Shown here: positions 36,782-43,556 of the stretch, piece after piece
How the letters are laid out: every line of letters starts with the position of its first letter
How positions within the stretch are numbered: position 1 is the first letter of the stretch
From: an uncultured Ruminococcus sp.
GTDB lineage: Bacteria; Bacillota; Clostridia; Oscillospirales; CAG-272
Assembly: GCA_964507065.1 (NCBI GenBank)
Contig: CAZDON010000001.1
Location: 1-47,517, forward strand
Length of the DNA: 47,517 nt
Reading direction: 5' to 3'
Made by a program: the position numbers and the translations under genes
The notes under the pieces: generated by a model
Databases searched by the model: none
What the model saw: only the letters and a program-made list of their open reading frames with translations
Told to the model about the DNA's origin: nothing

Positions 36782-36964
36782 TCATTTTTCTAAAACATTG
36801 AATAAAGAAGGTGGATATAGAAAATCCTCTCCACTTTCGTCAATGATAGAATACCATTTTAACTTTTTGCTAACACTTATGACCTCATATACTTTCCCTT
36901 CGATGAGATCTACCGTGCTTAAATTCGTCTTTTTCCTTGCAACTTCATTGACTACGACCTTCAT
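36782..36964 (-). CDS. small ORF B2, immunity-like partner of A2 (60 aa)
   Basis: ATG at 36964 is 1 nt after the A2 stop, with a GGAGA SD 8 nt upstream. MKVVVNEVARKK...WYSIIDESGEDFLYPPSLFNVLEK. AT-rich. No family recognised. Confidence 0.6.
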   Translation of the reverse strand: MKVVVNEVARKKTNLSTVDLIEGKVYEVISVSKKLKWYSIIDESGEDFLYPPSLFNVLEK

Positions 36965-36965
36965 A

Positions 36966-37427
36966 CTATATCTCCGATTTGAATTTAAACTCAACTTTTC
37001 CGACGTGTGATTCTTCGTACCAATGGATTTCTGCTTTCAAATACTCGCCGTATTTCGTAACAATTTCCGCAACTGCTTTAACTTTCATCCATTCGCTTTC
37101 TATTGTACCGGGATAATCATGCAGCAAACGGTTAATATCATCAATTTTTCGGACGCATCCTTTACCTGCAAATATTTCTTTGTTTTGAAGTTTAGATCCT
37201 TCGACAAAACTGGCGATTCCACCGTCGGGCATTTTTATATCATGATTCGCCCATTTCGCACCGACAGAACGAGGAATATCCTCATCTGGAAGTTTTACCG
37301 TATCATTAAACGTATGGCTAATAGGCTCGCCGCTGCCGGGGAGTATCGAACCTATCTTTCCGCCCGCATTTCCGTCCGTAAACCTGCCTAAATCATCTCT
37401 CGGATGGTCTTTTTCATTCCATATCAT
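36966..37427 (-). CDS. HPR-GRFT leader protein A2, candidate capsid-delivered effector/toxin
   Basis: 153 aa. N-terminus MIWNEKDHPRDDLGRFT..GSILPGSGE is paralogous to that of ORF 42781..43269. C-terminal domain ..KGCVRKIDDINRLL..KAEIHWYEESHVGKVEFKFK. Lies immediately after the MuF-like gene. Confidence 0.6.
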   Translation of the reverse strand: MIWNEKDHPRDDLGRFTDGNAGGKIGSILPGSGEPISHTFNDTVKLPDEDIPRSVGAKWANHDIKMPDGGIASFVEGSKLQNKEIFAGKGCVRKIDDINRLLHDYPGTIESEWMKVKAVAEIVTKYGEYLKAEIHWYEESHVGKVEFKFKSEI

Positions 37428-37456
37428 AGTATATCATTATTCCTCTCGGTTGTCAA
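37428..37456 (-). promoter_or_regulatory. near-consensus sigma-A promoter abutting the A2 start codon
   Basis: The minus strand has TTGACA (37456-37451, containing the MuF TGA stop), a 17-nt spacer, and TATACT (37433-37428), directly followed by the ATG at 37427. Confidence 0.5.
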
Positions 37457-38682
37457 GTTTTATTGTCGAGCTTTCGCTTGTCCTGTCTGCGAAGCGAGAA
37501 AGTGCGCTCGTCATCAAGAATACGAGTGCGCTCTCGGTAGAACGCCGCGTTATTCTTTAAAGAGAAGCGCTCATACGCTGCGTTGAGCGTCCTGGCGCGT
37601 TTCCTTGCGCGTTTGGCAAGGGCGTTATTAATTCCGTCCGCCTGAACGGCAAGACGCTTCTGGTAGCGAATTTCACGCTCGTACGCGCGCTGCTTTTCCT
37701 CGACCTCGCGACGTTTTTGGATGACGGCGGTAGGAATCGGCTTCGGTCTCTCGCCCGGGCGGTATGCCTGTAACGTGTGCCGACAGTTAAATCCCGTAAT
37801 GCAACCGTTCTGATATACGCGGCCCTCGCGGGTGACGTACTCGTCCTCGGGGTTGTCCGTCGCATATTCAAGCGGACGGTAGAAGATGCCTTCCGCGGTC
37901 TTACCCGTCGAGCCGTCAAGTGAGTATAGTCCCGATGGATGCTTTGAGCCGCCGACCTGGTATTTTGCACACCGCTTTGAGCAATTCGCGTGCGGTATGA
38001 TGTAGACGAGCTTTACGCCACGCTCACGAAGTCCGTTTACCATATCGACCTGATGCTCGTAACGAACGGTCATTTCTGCGATATTTCTCAGATTAACGTT
38101 GACGCCGTATTCCTCGCGTGCATCACCGCCTACGATTTCGCCCAGGACTTCTTTCACGCTCTCGGTGTATCGTTTATGGTACAAGTCAAGCGGGAGCCCC
38201 TGGCGGTAGTTATCCGCGCGCGTTGCCCACGCCGCGCTGTCGAAAGGCGACGGTGACGATTTGAAGCTTTCAAGCATTAACTTGAAGCCCTGAGAGGTTA
38301 CAAGCTCGCGGCTGTAATCTTTGTCGAGAATTGCGCTCTTGTATAGCCTTGCCGTCGCAAGCTCGCTCTTGCCGTCAAGCGCCGACGTGACTGCCGAATA
38401 AAAAAGCGCACTCTCGTAAATAAGCCGCCTCTCGCGTGTGAGTGTATCAATGGAATATTTTCGCAACGGCAAAACGATACGCTCGCGAAGCGTAGCGCTT
38501 GATATGTCGCGCTGAGCGTCGGAAATAATCCTCGTTACCTCTTCCGCGTAGCGCTTCAATGGATAGTTATGCAATACGGCGCGCTTTGCCAGCTCGATAA
38601 TCCTTACCTCCGCATCCTCTACGACGAGAGGTGCTGCGGACTGAATCTCTGGAGCTTCATCACGCGTCTTGTTTATCGTCAT
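37453..38682 (-). CDS. MuF/SPP1 gp7-like minor head (head morphogenesis) protein
   Basis: 409 aa immediately after the portal gene (23-nt overlap). C-terminal Cys/His-rich region (HANCSKRC.., GFNCRHT) resembles the MuF-type H-x-NCRC motif. Basic helical tail. Confidence 0.55.
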   Translation of the reverse strand: MTINKTRDEAPEIQSAAPLVVEDAEVRIIELAKRAVLHNYPLKRYAEEVTRIISDAQRDISSATLRERIVLPLRKYSIDTLTRERRLIYESALFYSAVTSALDGKSELATARLYKSAILDKDYSRELVTSQGFKLMLESFKSSPSPFDSAAWATRADNYRQGLPLDLYHKRYTESVKEVLGEIVGGDAREEYGVNVNLRNIAEMTVRYEHQVDMVNGLRERGVKLVYIIPHANCSKRCAKYQVGGSKHPSGLYSLDGSTGKTAEGIFYRPLEYATDNPEDEYVTREGRVYQNGCITGFNCRHTLQAYRPGERPKPIPTAVIQKRREVEEKQRAYEREIRYQKRLAVQADGINNALAKRARKRARTLNAAYERFSLKNNAAFYRERTRILDDERTFSLRRQDKRKLDNKT

Positions 38683-40324
38683 ATGACTTTATCTCCGTAT
38701 CTGCATCCATTGAGTCGAATATTGACATTTGAGACTTTTGCTTTTCCGCTTGTTCACTGCGTATCTTCTTAATCTCTGCCGTAATCATAGCCTCGTTCCA
38801 GTCGGGATGGACGGTACGCACAAATTCTTCGAGCGAGGAGCCGCCTGCCGTATAGATTCTTAGAGCATTCTCGACGAGGAGCGTGTAATTCGTCTGGCCA
38901 GCTTTCGAAAACGACGCCTGAATCTTACCGTCCCAGCCGTAATACAGACGCACGTCCTCAACAATTCGGTTGATGGTATAGAGCAGACCGACGCGCTTGT
39001 TTTCCACGAGAAGCGTCGTCGAGCTTTCCTCAGCGGATATCTCACGTGCCGTACGGTTGGACGTGTCGTTGAGGTATGAGGCAAACGACGAGGGCGCTAT
39101 GCCTATTGCCGTCGCAATGTTCTCAAGGAGCATATTGCGGACAGCCTTCATCTGCTCGGCACGTAGCTCAGGCTGAATGAACGTCAGCGGTCGGCTCTCT
39201 TGGCCCATTTCCTCATAGTAGGTCATAAGAAAGTTGTCAAGTCCGCTGTTGTAGTTAGCCTTCTGCGGATTCTGATACGCCTTTTTTGCAAGCACGCGGG
39301 CGCGAGATACGTACATTTCGGTGTCTATAATGGACGACAGTATGTCGTAGTCGCAAAGATATTTGATAATACCCTCAAGCACCGAGTCACCGTATGCAAG
39401 CTGCGGCATTGACGTGAGGCGCGGAGTGTTCTTGTATAGGTAAACGCCTATATGAGAAAACGGGATTCTGATAGGCTTGTCCAGCCGTATATCGCTGTAT
39501 GCTTCCTTCAGCTGCTTTCTCGCCCACGCGGGAATCTCTTCCCACGCAAGGTAGGTACTTGGCATCTGACTCTGATTGCACTGCGTGGAAATCCTGTACA
39601 CCTTGTAAATGCAATAAGGAACGCCGTCAATGTACGTGCGCTCCTCAAACAGTCCAAGCGTTTCGCTGTCAGGCTTGGTTGGGTGTGCAAAGGTCTGTAT
39701 GTAAAACTGCGCGGTTATCGGGTTGCCCTTTGCGTCAAGCGTGTATTTGGTGCGTGAGAGGGGTGCTGCCTCCACCCATATCTTCCGACACGAGTCGATA
39801 TTGAGCTTAAACGCCGCCGTTCCGAGCCCCGTTGCGTACCGTATTACCGTCTGCACGACCGACGAGAAGCTCGTTTCAGCCGCCCATTCGTCGAGGTTGT
39901 CAAGCGTCTCGTTGCGACCGTTGTCGTTTTTCTCGTTATCGGTTGCCGCGTAGTTTATACCGCCGCCAAAGATTAACGCCGTGACCTTGTCAACGATAGC
40001 TTTTGCGAGATGCGTCGGGATTACGCCCTTAGAGAGGTCGTGAAAGTCGGGAACGAGTCCGTTTATCCAGTATTCCCAGTTCATAACCTTGCGATAGAAC
40101 GGCTTAAGGTTGGGGGATATTGAATTATAGAAGGTGGTATTGTTTACCCAGGAATAATACTCCTGTATCGCCATACCGATATACTCGCTTGTCGGCGCGA
40201 AATTGATAGCGCCCTTTCCACCAAGTCCGGGAATAAGAGCGCCGATTCCGTTATTCATATTTGCGGACTGTCCGCCCGTTGCGTTCGCCGCCGCGGCGCT
40301 CTTGGCGCTCTTCGTAGTAGTCAT
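38660..40324 (-). CDS. portal protein
   Basis: 554 aa. Position is between terL (plus one small ORF) and the MuF-like gene. Size is typical. The family was not confirmed by eye. Confidence 0.65.
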   Translation of the reverse strand: MTTTKSAKSAAAANATGGQSANMNNGIGALIPGLGGKGAINFAPTSEYIGMAIQEYYSWVNNTTFYNSISPNLKPFYRKVMNWEYWINGLVPDFHDLSKGVIPTHLAKAIVDKVTALIFGGGINYAATDNEKNDNGRNETLDNLDEWAAETSFSSVVQTVIRYATGLGTAAFKLNIDSCRKIWVEAAPLSRTKYTLDAKGNPITAQFYIQTFAHPTKPDSETLGLFEERTYIDGVPYCIYKVYRISTQCNQSQMPSTYLAWEEIPAWARKQLKEAYSDIRLDKPIRIPFSHIGVYLYKNTPRLTSMPQLAYGDSVLEGIIKYLCDYDILSSIIDTEMYVSRARVLAKKAYQNPQKANYNSGLDNFLMTYYEEMGQESRPLTFIQPELRAEQMKAVRNMLLENIATAIGIAPSSFASYLNDTSNRTAREISAEESSTTLLVENKRVGLLYTINRIVEDVRLYYGWDGKIQASFSKAGQTNYTLLVENALRIYTAGGSSLEEFVRTVHPDWNEAMITAEIKKIRSEQAEKQKSQMSIFDSMDADTEIKSYDDKQDA

Positions 40325-40327
40325 ATC

Positions 40328-40729
40328 TTACGTTACTCCGTCTTTTTTATCTCTTTTGAAGTCGTTAGCGTGACGCTCAATATATGCGTCAATATCAAGC
40401 TCATGCACAACGCGAAAAAGGTCCTCGATACGCTCAAGCGAGCTTTTAAGCCCCTCAAGGTAGCAGAGTGTCGTTCCCGCGATATTTGCGCTTATGCGAA
40501 GATTCGTCATCCATTCGGGGACGTAGCTCGTCGGTATCTCCCTGCGAGCAATTTCCTCCGCCTCTTCACGCGTCATCTCGACGCCGTTGTCTTTTGCGCG
40601 GGCAAGCAGCTTCGTCGCGTAGTCGTTAATTATGATGTTGTACGAAGGCTCGCGAATTGCCGCGTATTCCTCAAACGTCAGAAGCGTGTTGTTGTTAATC
40701 GTTTCGTTAAGCTCTTTCAAATTCTTCAT
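40328..40729 (-). CDS. hypothetical phage protein between terL and portal
   Basis: 133-aa helical, acidic ORF that overlaps the terL end by 23 nt. Confidence 0.55.
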   Translation of the reverse strand: MKNLKELNETINNNTLLTFEEYAAIREPSYNIIINDYATKLLARAKDNGVEMTREEAEEIARREIPTSYVPEWMTNLRISANIAGTTLCYLEGLKSSLERIEDLFRVVHELDIDAYIERHANDFKRDKKDGVT

Positions 40730-42089
40730 AATAGTCAGCCCTTTCAGGTAAGTTTAGATTTTCAGGATTTTCAAAGTACGCGCAAGCACCGTACACGAAT
40801 GAGTCCGAGCAGTCGTTCGGTATCGCGGGGTCAAGGCGTGAGTTCTTCCAGGCTACGTTCTCAAGCTGCTCGACAAGAAGCGGCACGTCCGTATCTACCC
40901 AGCGGCTCGACGCATAATCGTAATATCCGCCGTAGTCCACTATATACGCCATATTGCGCGCAAACACGTTGTTTGCGGTGGAGGTGTTGCGGATGACGTT
41001 CTTCCTCGTGAACGGAATAACGTTGTAATAGCCGTCAAGCTCGTACTGCAACTGCGTGATAAGGTCCTCGGATGCACAGTCGACGAAGAAGTACACGGGA
41101 ATGTAATTTGATTGCAGACCGTACTTTCGTTCCATATCCCGCATATAAAGCGCGATAAGCTCGGCAAGCTGCGACGGTGCCAACGGTCTACCGTACGTCA
41201 GCGGATTAAATATAAACGGCTCAAGCACCGCCATTCGTCCGCTCGTCATAATCGCCTGGAAGTTGAGGCACGTCATATCGTGCGTTATAGCACCGTCACC
41301 TCCAATAAATACGGTGTGAATGCGTTCGCCCGCAAAAACCCGTGATGCTTCGTCGGGCGTTATTACGTGACGCTCGCGGCTGAACGAGGGATACGCGCCG
41401 CCGTTGATGTCCGAGAGGTCACCGAGATACATAAATTTGTAGAGTGCAGGGGATATTATTTTTTCAAGCTCGATATTCTTACGGTCCGCCTCGTTCAGAA
41501 GCTCGTAAATATCCAGATAGTTTGAAGATATGTGCGTATAATCGTCAAGTCCCTTGTGCTTTGCCGCGTAGACGTTCCACCAGTGGCCCTTGATTTCGTG
41601 CGGGTTGCCGCACAGCATAAGTCGGTAGTCAATGCTCGTGTCAATGTATCGGCGGAAGGATGCCAGGGCGTGCTTCAGGTTTTCCTCGTCGCTTATCTGC
41701 TGGCACTCGTCGCCGATGATGAACGCAAGAGGATTTTTCGGGTGGAATCCGCGGACGCGAGATTTGTCGTGTCCGCTTACGCCCAGGAAATATATATTGC
41801 TTTTGCCGCCGTCAAGCTCAAGGCGTAGCGGCTGCTGCCTTATCTTCACCCTCGCGCCGTAGCCGAGGTTTACGAATTTCTCAAGCGTGTCGTTGACGAC
41901 CGAAGAGAGGAGCGAGTTCGCGTTCGCGCGGAATACGATACCGTCGTGATTCGGGTACGTTATCTTTGAGTACGCGCCGTATTGCGACACCTCGTACGAC
42001 TTGCCCGAAATACGTGGGCAGTTAAGTATTATATTGTGGTCGCCCGTCTGGTACATCGGACGATACGGCTCCGATACGTACATCCTCAT
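40707..42089 (-). CDS. terL: terminase large subunit
   Basis: 460 aa. ATGA overlap with terS. N-terminal P-loop-like NCPRISGKSY, followed by acidic Walker-B-like and C-terminal nuclease-like regions. Synteny is terS-terL-portal. Confidence 0.8.
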   Translation of the reverse strand: MRMYVSEPYRPMYQTGDHNIILNCPRISGKSYEVSQYGAYSKITYPNHDGIVFRANANSLLSSVVNDTLEKFVNLGYGARVKIRQQPLRLELDGGKSNIYFLGVSGHDKSRVRGFHPKNPLAFIIGDECQQISDEENLKHALASFRRYIDTSIDYRLMLCGNPHEIKGHWWNVYAAKHKGLDDYTHISSNYLDIYELLNEADRKNIELEKIISPALYKFMYLGDLSDINGGAYPSFSRERHVITPDEASRVFAGERIHTVFIGGDGAITHDMTCLNFQAIMTSGRMAVLEPFIFNPLTYGRPLAPSQLAELIALYMRDMERKYGLQSNYIPVYFFVDCASEDLITQLQYELDGYYNVIPFTRKNVIRNTSTANNVFARNMAYIVDYGGYYDYASSRWVDTDVPLLVEQLENVAWKNSRLDPAIPNDCSDSFVYGACAYFENPENLNLPERADYYEEFERA

Positions 42090-42472
42090 TTATCGCCGTC
42101 ACCGTCCTTTTTGGAATTATCCACGAATACGATTTCAAGCTTGCCGTCCTGTTCGGCGGCCGCTCCTTCCTGCGACTCACCGAGGATGAGAGAGAGCTGC
42201 GTGAGGTCGTTGAGCGATACGTCCTTGAGCTTGTTTACAAGAGCGAGGATGGTCATAAGCTCCTTGACCTTGACGTTATCCCCGAGCCCCAGCTCCTTTG
42301 CGTACGCCTGAACGACGGCACGGTTTTTGACGGGCTCGTTAAGCAGCGCGCCGACAAGCTCTCGGAAGGTCCTTTGCGCTCTCCGCGCCTTGCCGCTTGC
42401 GATTCCGCCCGCGCGACCTTTTTCTCGTGCTTCACTCGCGGTTGGTCTTTTTAAGTTTTTCTCATTTGCCAT
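42086..42472 (-). CDS. terS: terminase small subunit
   Basis: 128 aa. Basic N-terminal DNA-binding-like segment (EKGRAGGIASGKARRAQR). Located immediately upstream of and overlapping terL. Confidence 0.6.
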   Translation of the reverse strand: MANEKNLKRPTASEAREKGRAGGIASGKARRAQRTFRELVGALLNEPVKNRAVVQAYAKELGLGDNVKVKELMTILALVNKLKDVSLNDLTQLSLILGESQEGAAAEQDGKLEIVFVDNSKKDGDGDK

Positions 42473-42494
42473 TCATCTCACTTCGCTTTATGTA

Positions 42495-42524
42495 ATGAAA
42501 AAGCACCTTGCCGAAGCAAAGTGC
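42495..42524 (-). terminator. intrinsic terminator just upstream of terS
   Basis: The minus strand reads GCACTTTGC-TTCG-GCAAGGTGC followed by TTTTTCATT. 9-bp stem with one mismatch and a UUCG loop. Confidence 0.6.
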
Positions 42525-42544
42525 CGTGTTTTAAGTTTTGGGTA

Positions 42545-42577
42545 TATGAAAAGCACACCGCGGGGAACGGTGTGCTT
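42545..42577 (-). terminator. intrinsic terminator closing cassette 1 (repeat copy 2)
   Basis: The minus strand reads AAGCACACCG-TTCCCCG-CGGTGTGCTT followed by TTCATATACCCAAAAC. The flank matches the 36731-36754 copy at 22 of 24 positions. Confidence 0.65.
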
Positions 42578-42581
42578 GGGG

Positions 42582-42791
42582 TTATTGTTTTTTTATCGGG
42601 TCGCCAAATATAGTCAAGCCCTTTGCGTAATTCTTCCTGGCTTCTCTTATGGTTGTGTAGTTGATTCGTACACGCTCATTTTCGTCGATTTCATGTTCGT
42701 TTCCGACTGGAATCCATTGACATGTGGGGCACGGGTCTTCAAACATCCCCCCCATAAATACCGTTCCACAAATAGCGCATTTATACTCCAT
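42582..42791 (-). CDS. small ORF B1, CPCC-like cysteine-rich zinc-ribbon protein (69 aa), partner of A1
   Basis: ATG at 42791 overlaps the A1 end by 11 nt. MEYKCAICG..CPTCQW.. then ..TIREARKNYAKG resembles the Cys-rich CPCC family pattern. This is from memory and not verified. Confidence 0.55.
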   Translation of the reverse strand: MEYKCAICGTVFMGGMFEDPCPTCQWIPVGNEHEIDENERVRINYTTIREARKNYAKGLTIFGDPIKKQ

Positions 42792-43269
42792 ACAATTTAT
42801 CCCTGTATACCTTTCTCTCAAAATCTTTTTGAGACATAAAATAGTAAGTTTTCACCGTACCATCGGTGCCAACGCTCATAAATTCGTCGGTTAAATGATT
42901 GTATTTATAAAAATTATTGGTTGCTTTAGAATAGTACACATTTCCTTCGCCACTGTTCCAAAAGTCAATGGCAGCCTTTTCATATTCCTTGGAATCCTTA
43001 AATCCCATTTCGGAAACATGCCTTTGATGATGAGCAGTATACAGCCTGTGATTTTCAAAACCGTACGCCTCTTGGGGCAGAAGAGGGATTTCAGTTTTTT
43101 GTCGGTTGTCAGATTCTTTTTTAGGTTGATTTTTACCAAAGTAATCAAGTTCCAGCTTAAATCTTTCGTCAACCTCACCCTTGCCGGGAACGATACTTCC
43201 GACACCGTCGCGGCTTGTAAATCTGCCGATTTTATTACGAGGATGCTCTTCCTCTTTCCACTGCTTCAT
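42781..43269 (-). CDS. HPR-GRFT leader protein A1, candidate effector/toxin (possible BECR-like nuclease fold)
   Basis: I prefer the ATG at 43269 (MKQWKEEEHPRNKIGRFT..GSIVPGKGE, AAAGGA SD), by analogy with A2. The ORF-track extension to 43362 runs through a terminator-like hairpin. His-rich C-terminal domain (NHRLYTAHHQRHVSEMGF...TVKTYYF). Confidence 0.6.
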   Translation of the reverse strand: MKQWKEEEHPRNKIGRFTSRDGVGSIVPGKGEVDERFKLELDYFGKNQPKKESDNRQKTEIPLLPQEAYGFENHRLYTAHHQRHVSEMGFKDSKEYEKAAIDFWNSGEGNVYYSKATNNFYKYNHLTDEFMSVGTDGTVKTYYFMSQKDFERKVYRDKLYGV

Positions 43270-43296
43270 TATACCACATCCTTTGGAATTTGTCAA
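43268..43296 (-). promoter_or_regulatory. perfect consensus sigma-A promoter overlapping the A1 start codon
   Basis: The minus strand has TTGACA (43296-43291), a 17-nt spacer ending in TGG, and TATAAT (43273-43268). The last AT of the -10 plus the next G form the ATG at 43269. Confidence 0.55.
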
Positions 43297-43300
43297 TGCT

Positions 43301-43336
43301 CGTGAAAACAGGGCGCACGTTTCACCGTACACCCTG
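43301..43336 (-). terminator. terminator-like hairpin 5 nt upstream of the cassette 1 promoter
   Basis: The minus strand reads CAGGGTGTACG-GTGAAA-CGTGCGCCCTG followed by TTTTCACG. 11-bp stem including two G-U pairs. Confidence 0.5.
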
Positions 43337-43493
43337 TCTGCCGTCCTCAGCCCCGTCACCACACGGGGAGCGCGATACGGCTGCCACGTGGTCGCGCTTG
43401 CTTCTTAGAAAGGAGGTGCAAATGTAATATGACATCTGCAAGAAAGCCGCCTGAAAAAGCGCCATCATATCCTGAGCACGATATGATATTGTA

Positions 43494-43524
43494 ATTATAC
43501 CACAGGTGTGGGGGTGAAAATCAA
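43494..43524 (-). promoter_or_regulatory. extended -10 promoter downstream of the late-regulator gene
   Basis: The minus strand has TGGTATAAT (43502-43494). The only -35-like hexamer is TTGATT at a 19-nt spacing. Confidence 0.4.
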
Positions 43525-43556
43525 GTGACAAAAGGGTGACATCAGGGGACAATTTT

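Noticed and set aside
37557-37970. 137-aa Arg-rich ORF in another frame inside the MuF-like gene
   Set aside because: It is fully embedded in a better, longer ORF. It has an extreme Arg/Ser/Thr composition and no SD.
40370-40996. 208-aa plus-strand ORF spanning the terL/hypothetical gene junction
   Set aside because: It is antisense to terL and the following gene. It is Arg-rich and has no SD.
43322-43552. 76-aa minus-strand ORF between the late regulator and cassette 1
   Set aside because: It spans a promoter -10 box and runs into a terminator-like hairpin. Its composition is odd and it has no SD. The region is better explained as non-coding leader or small RNA.
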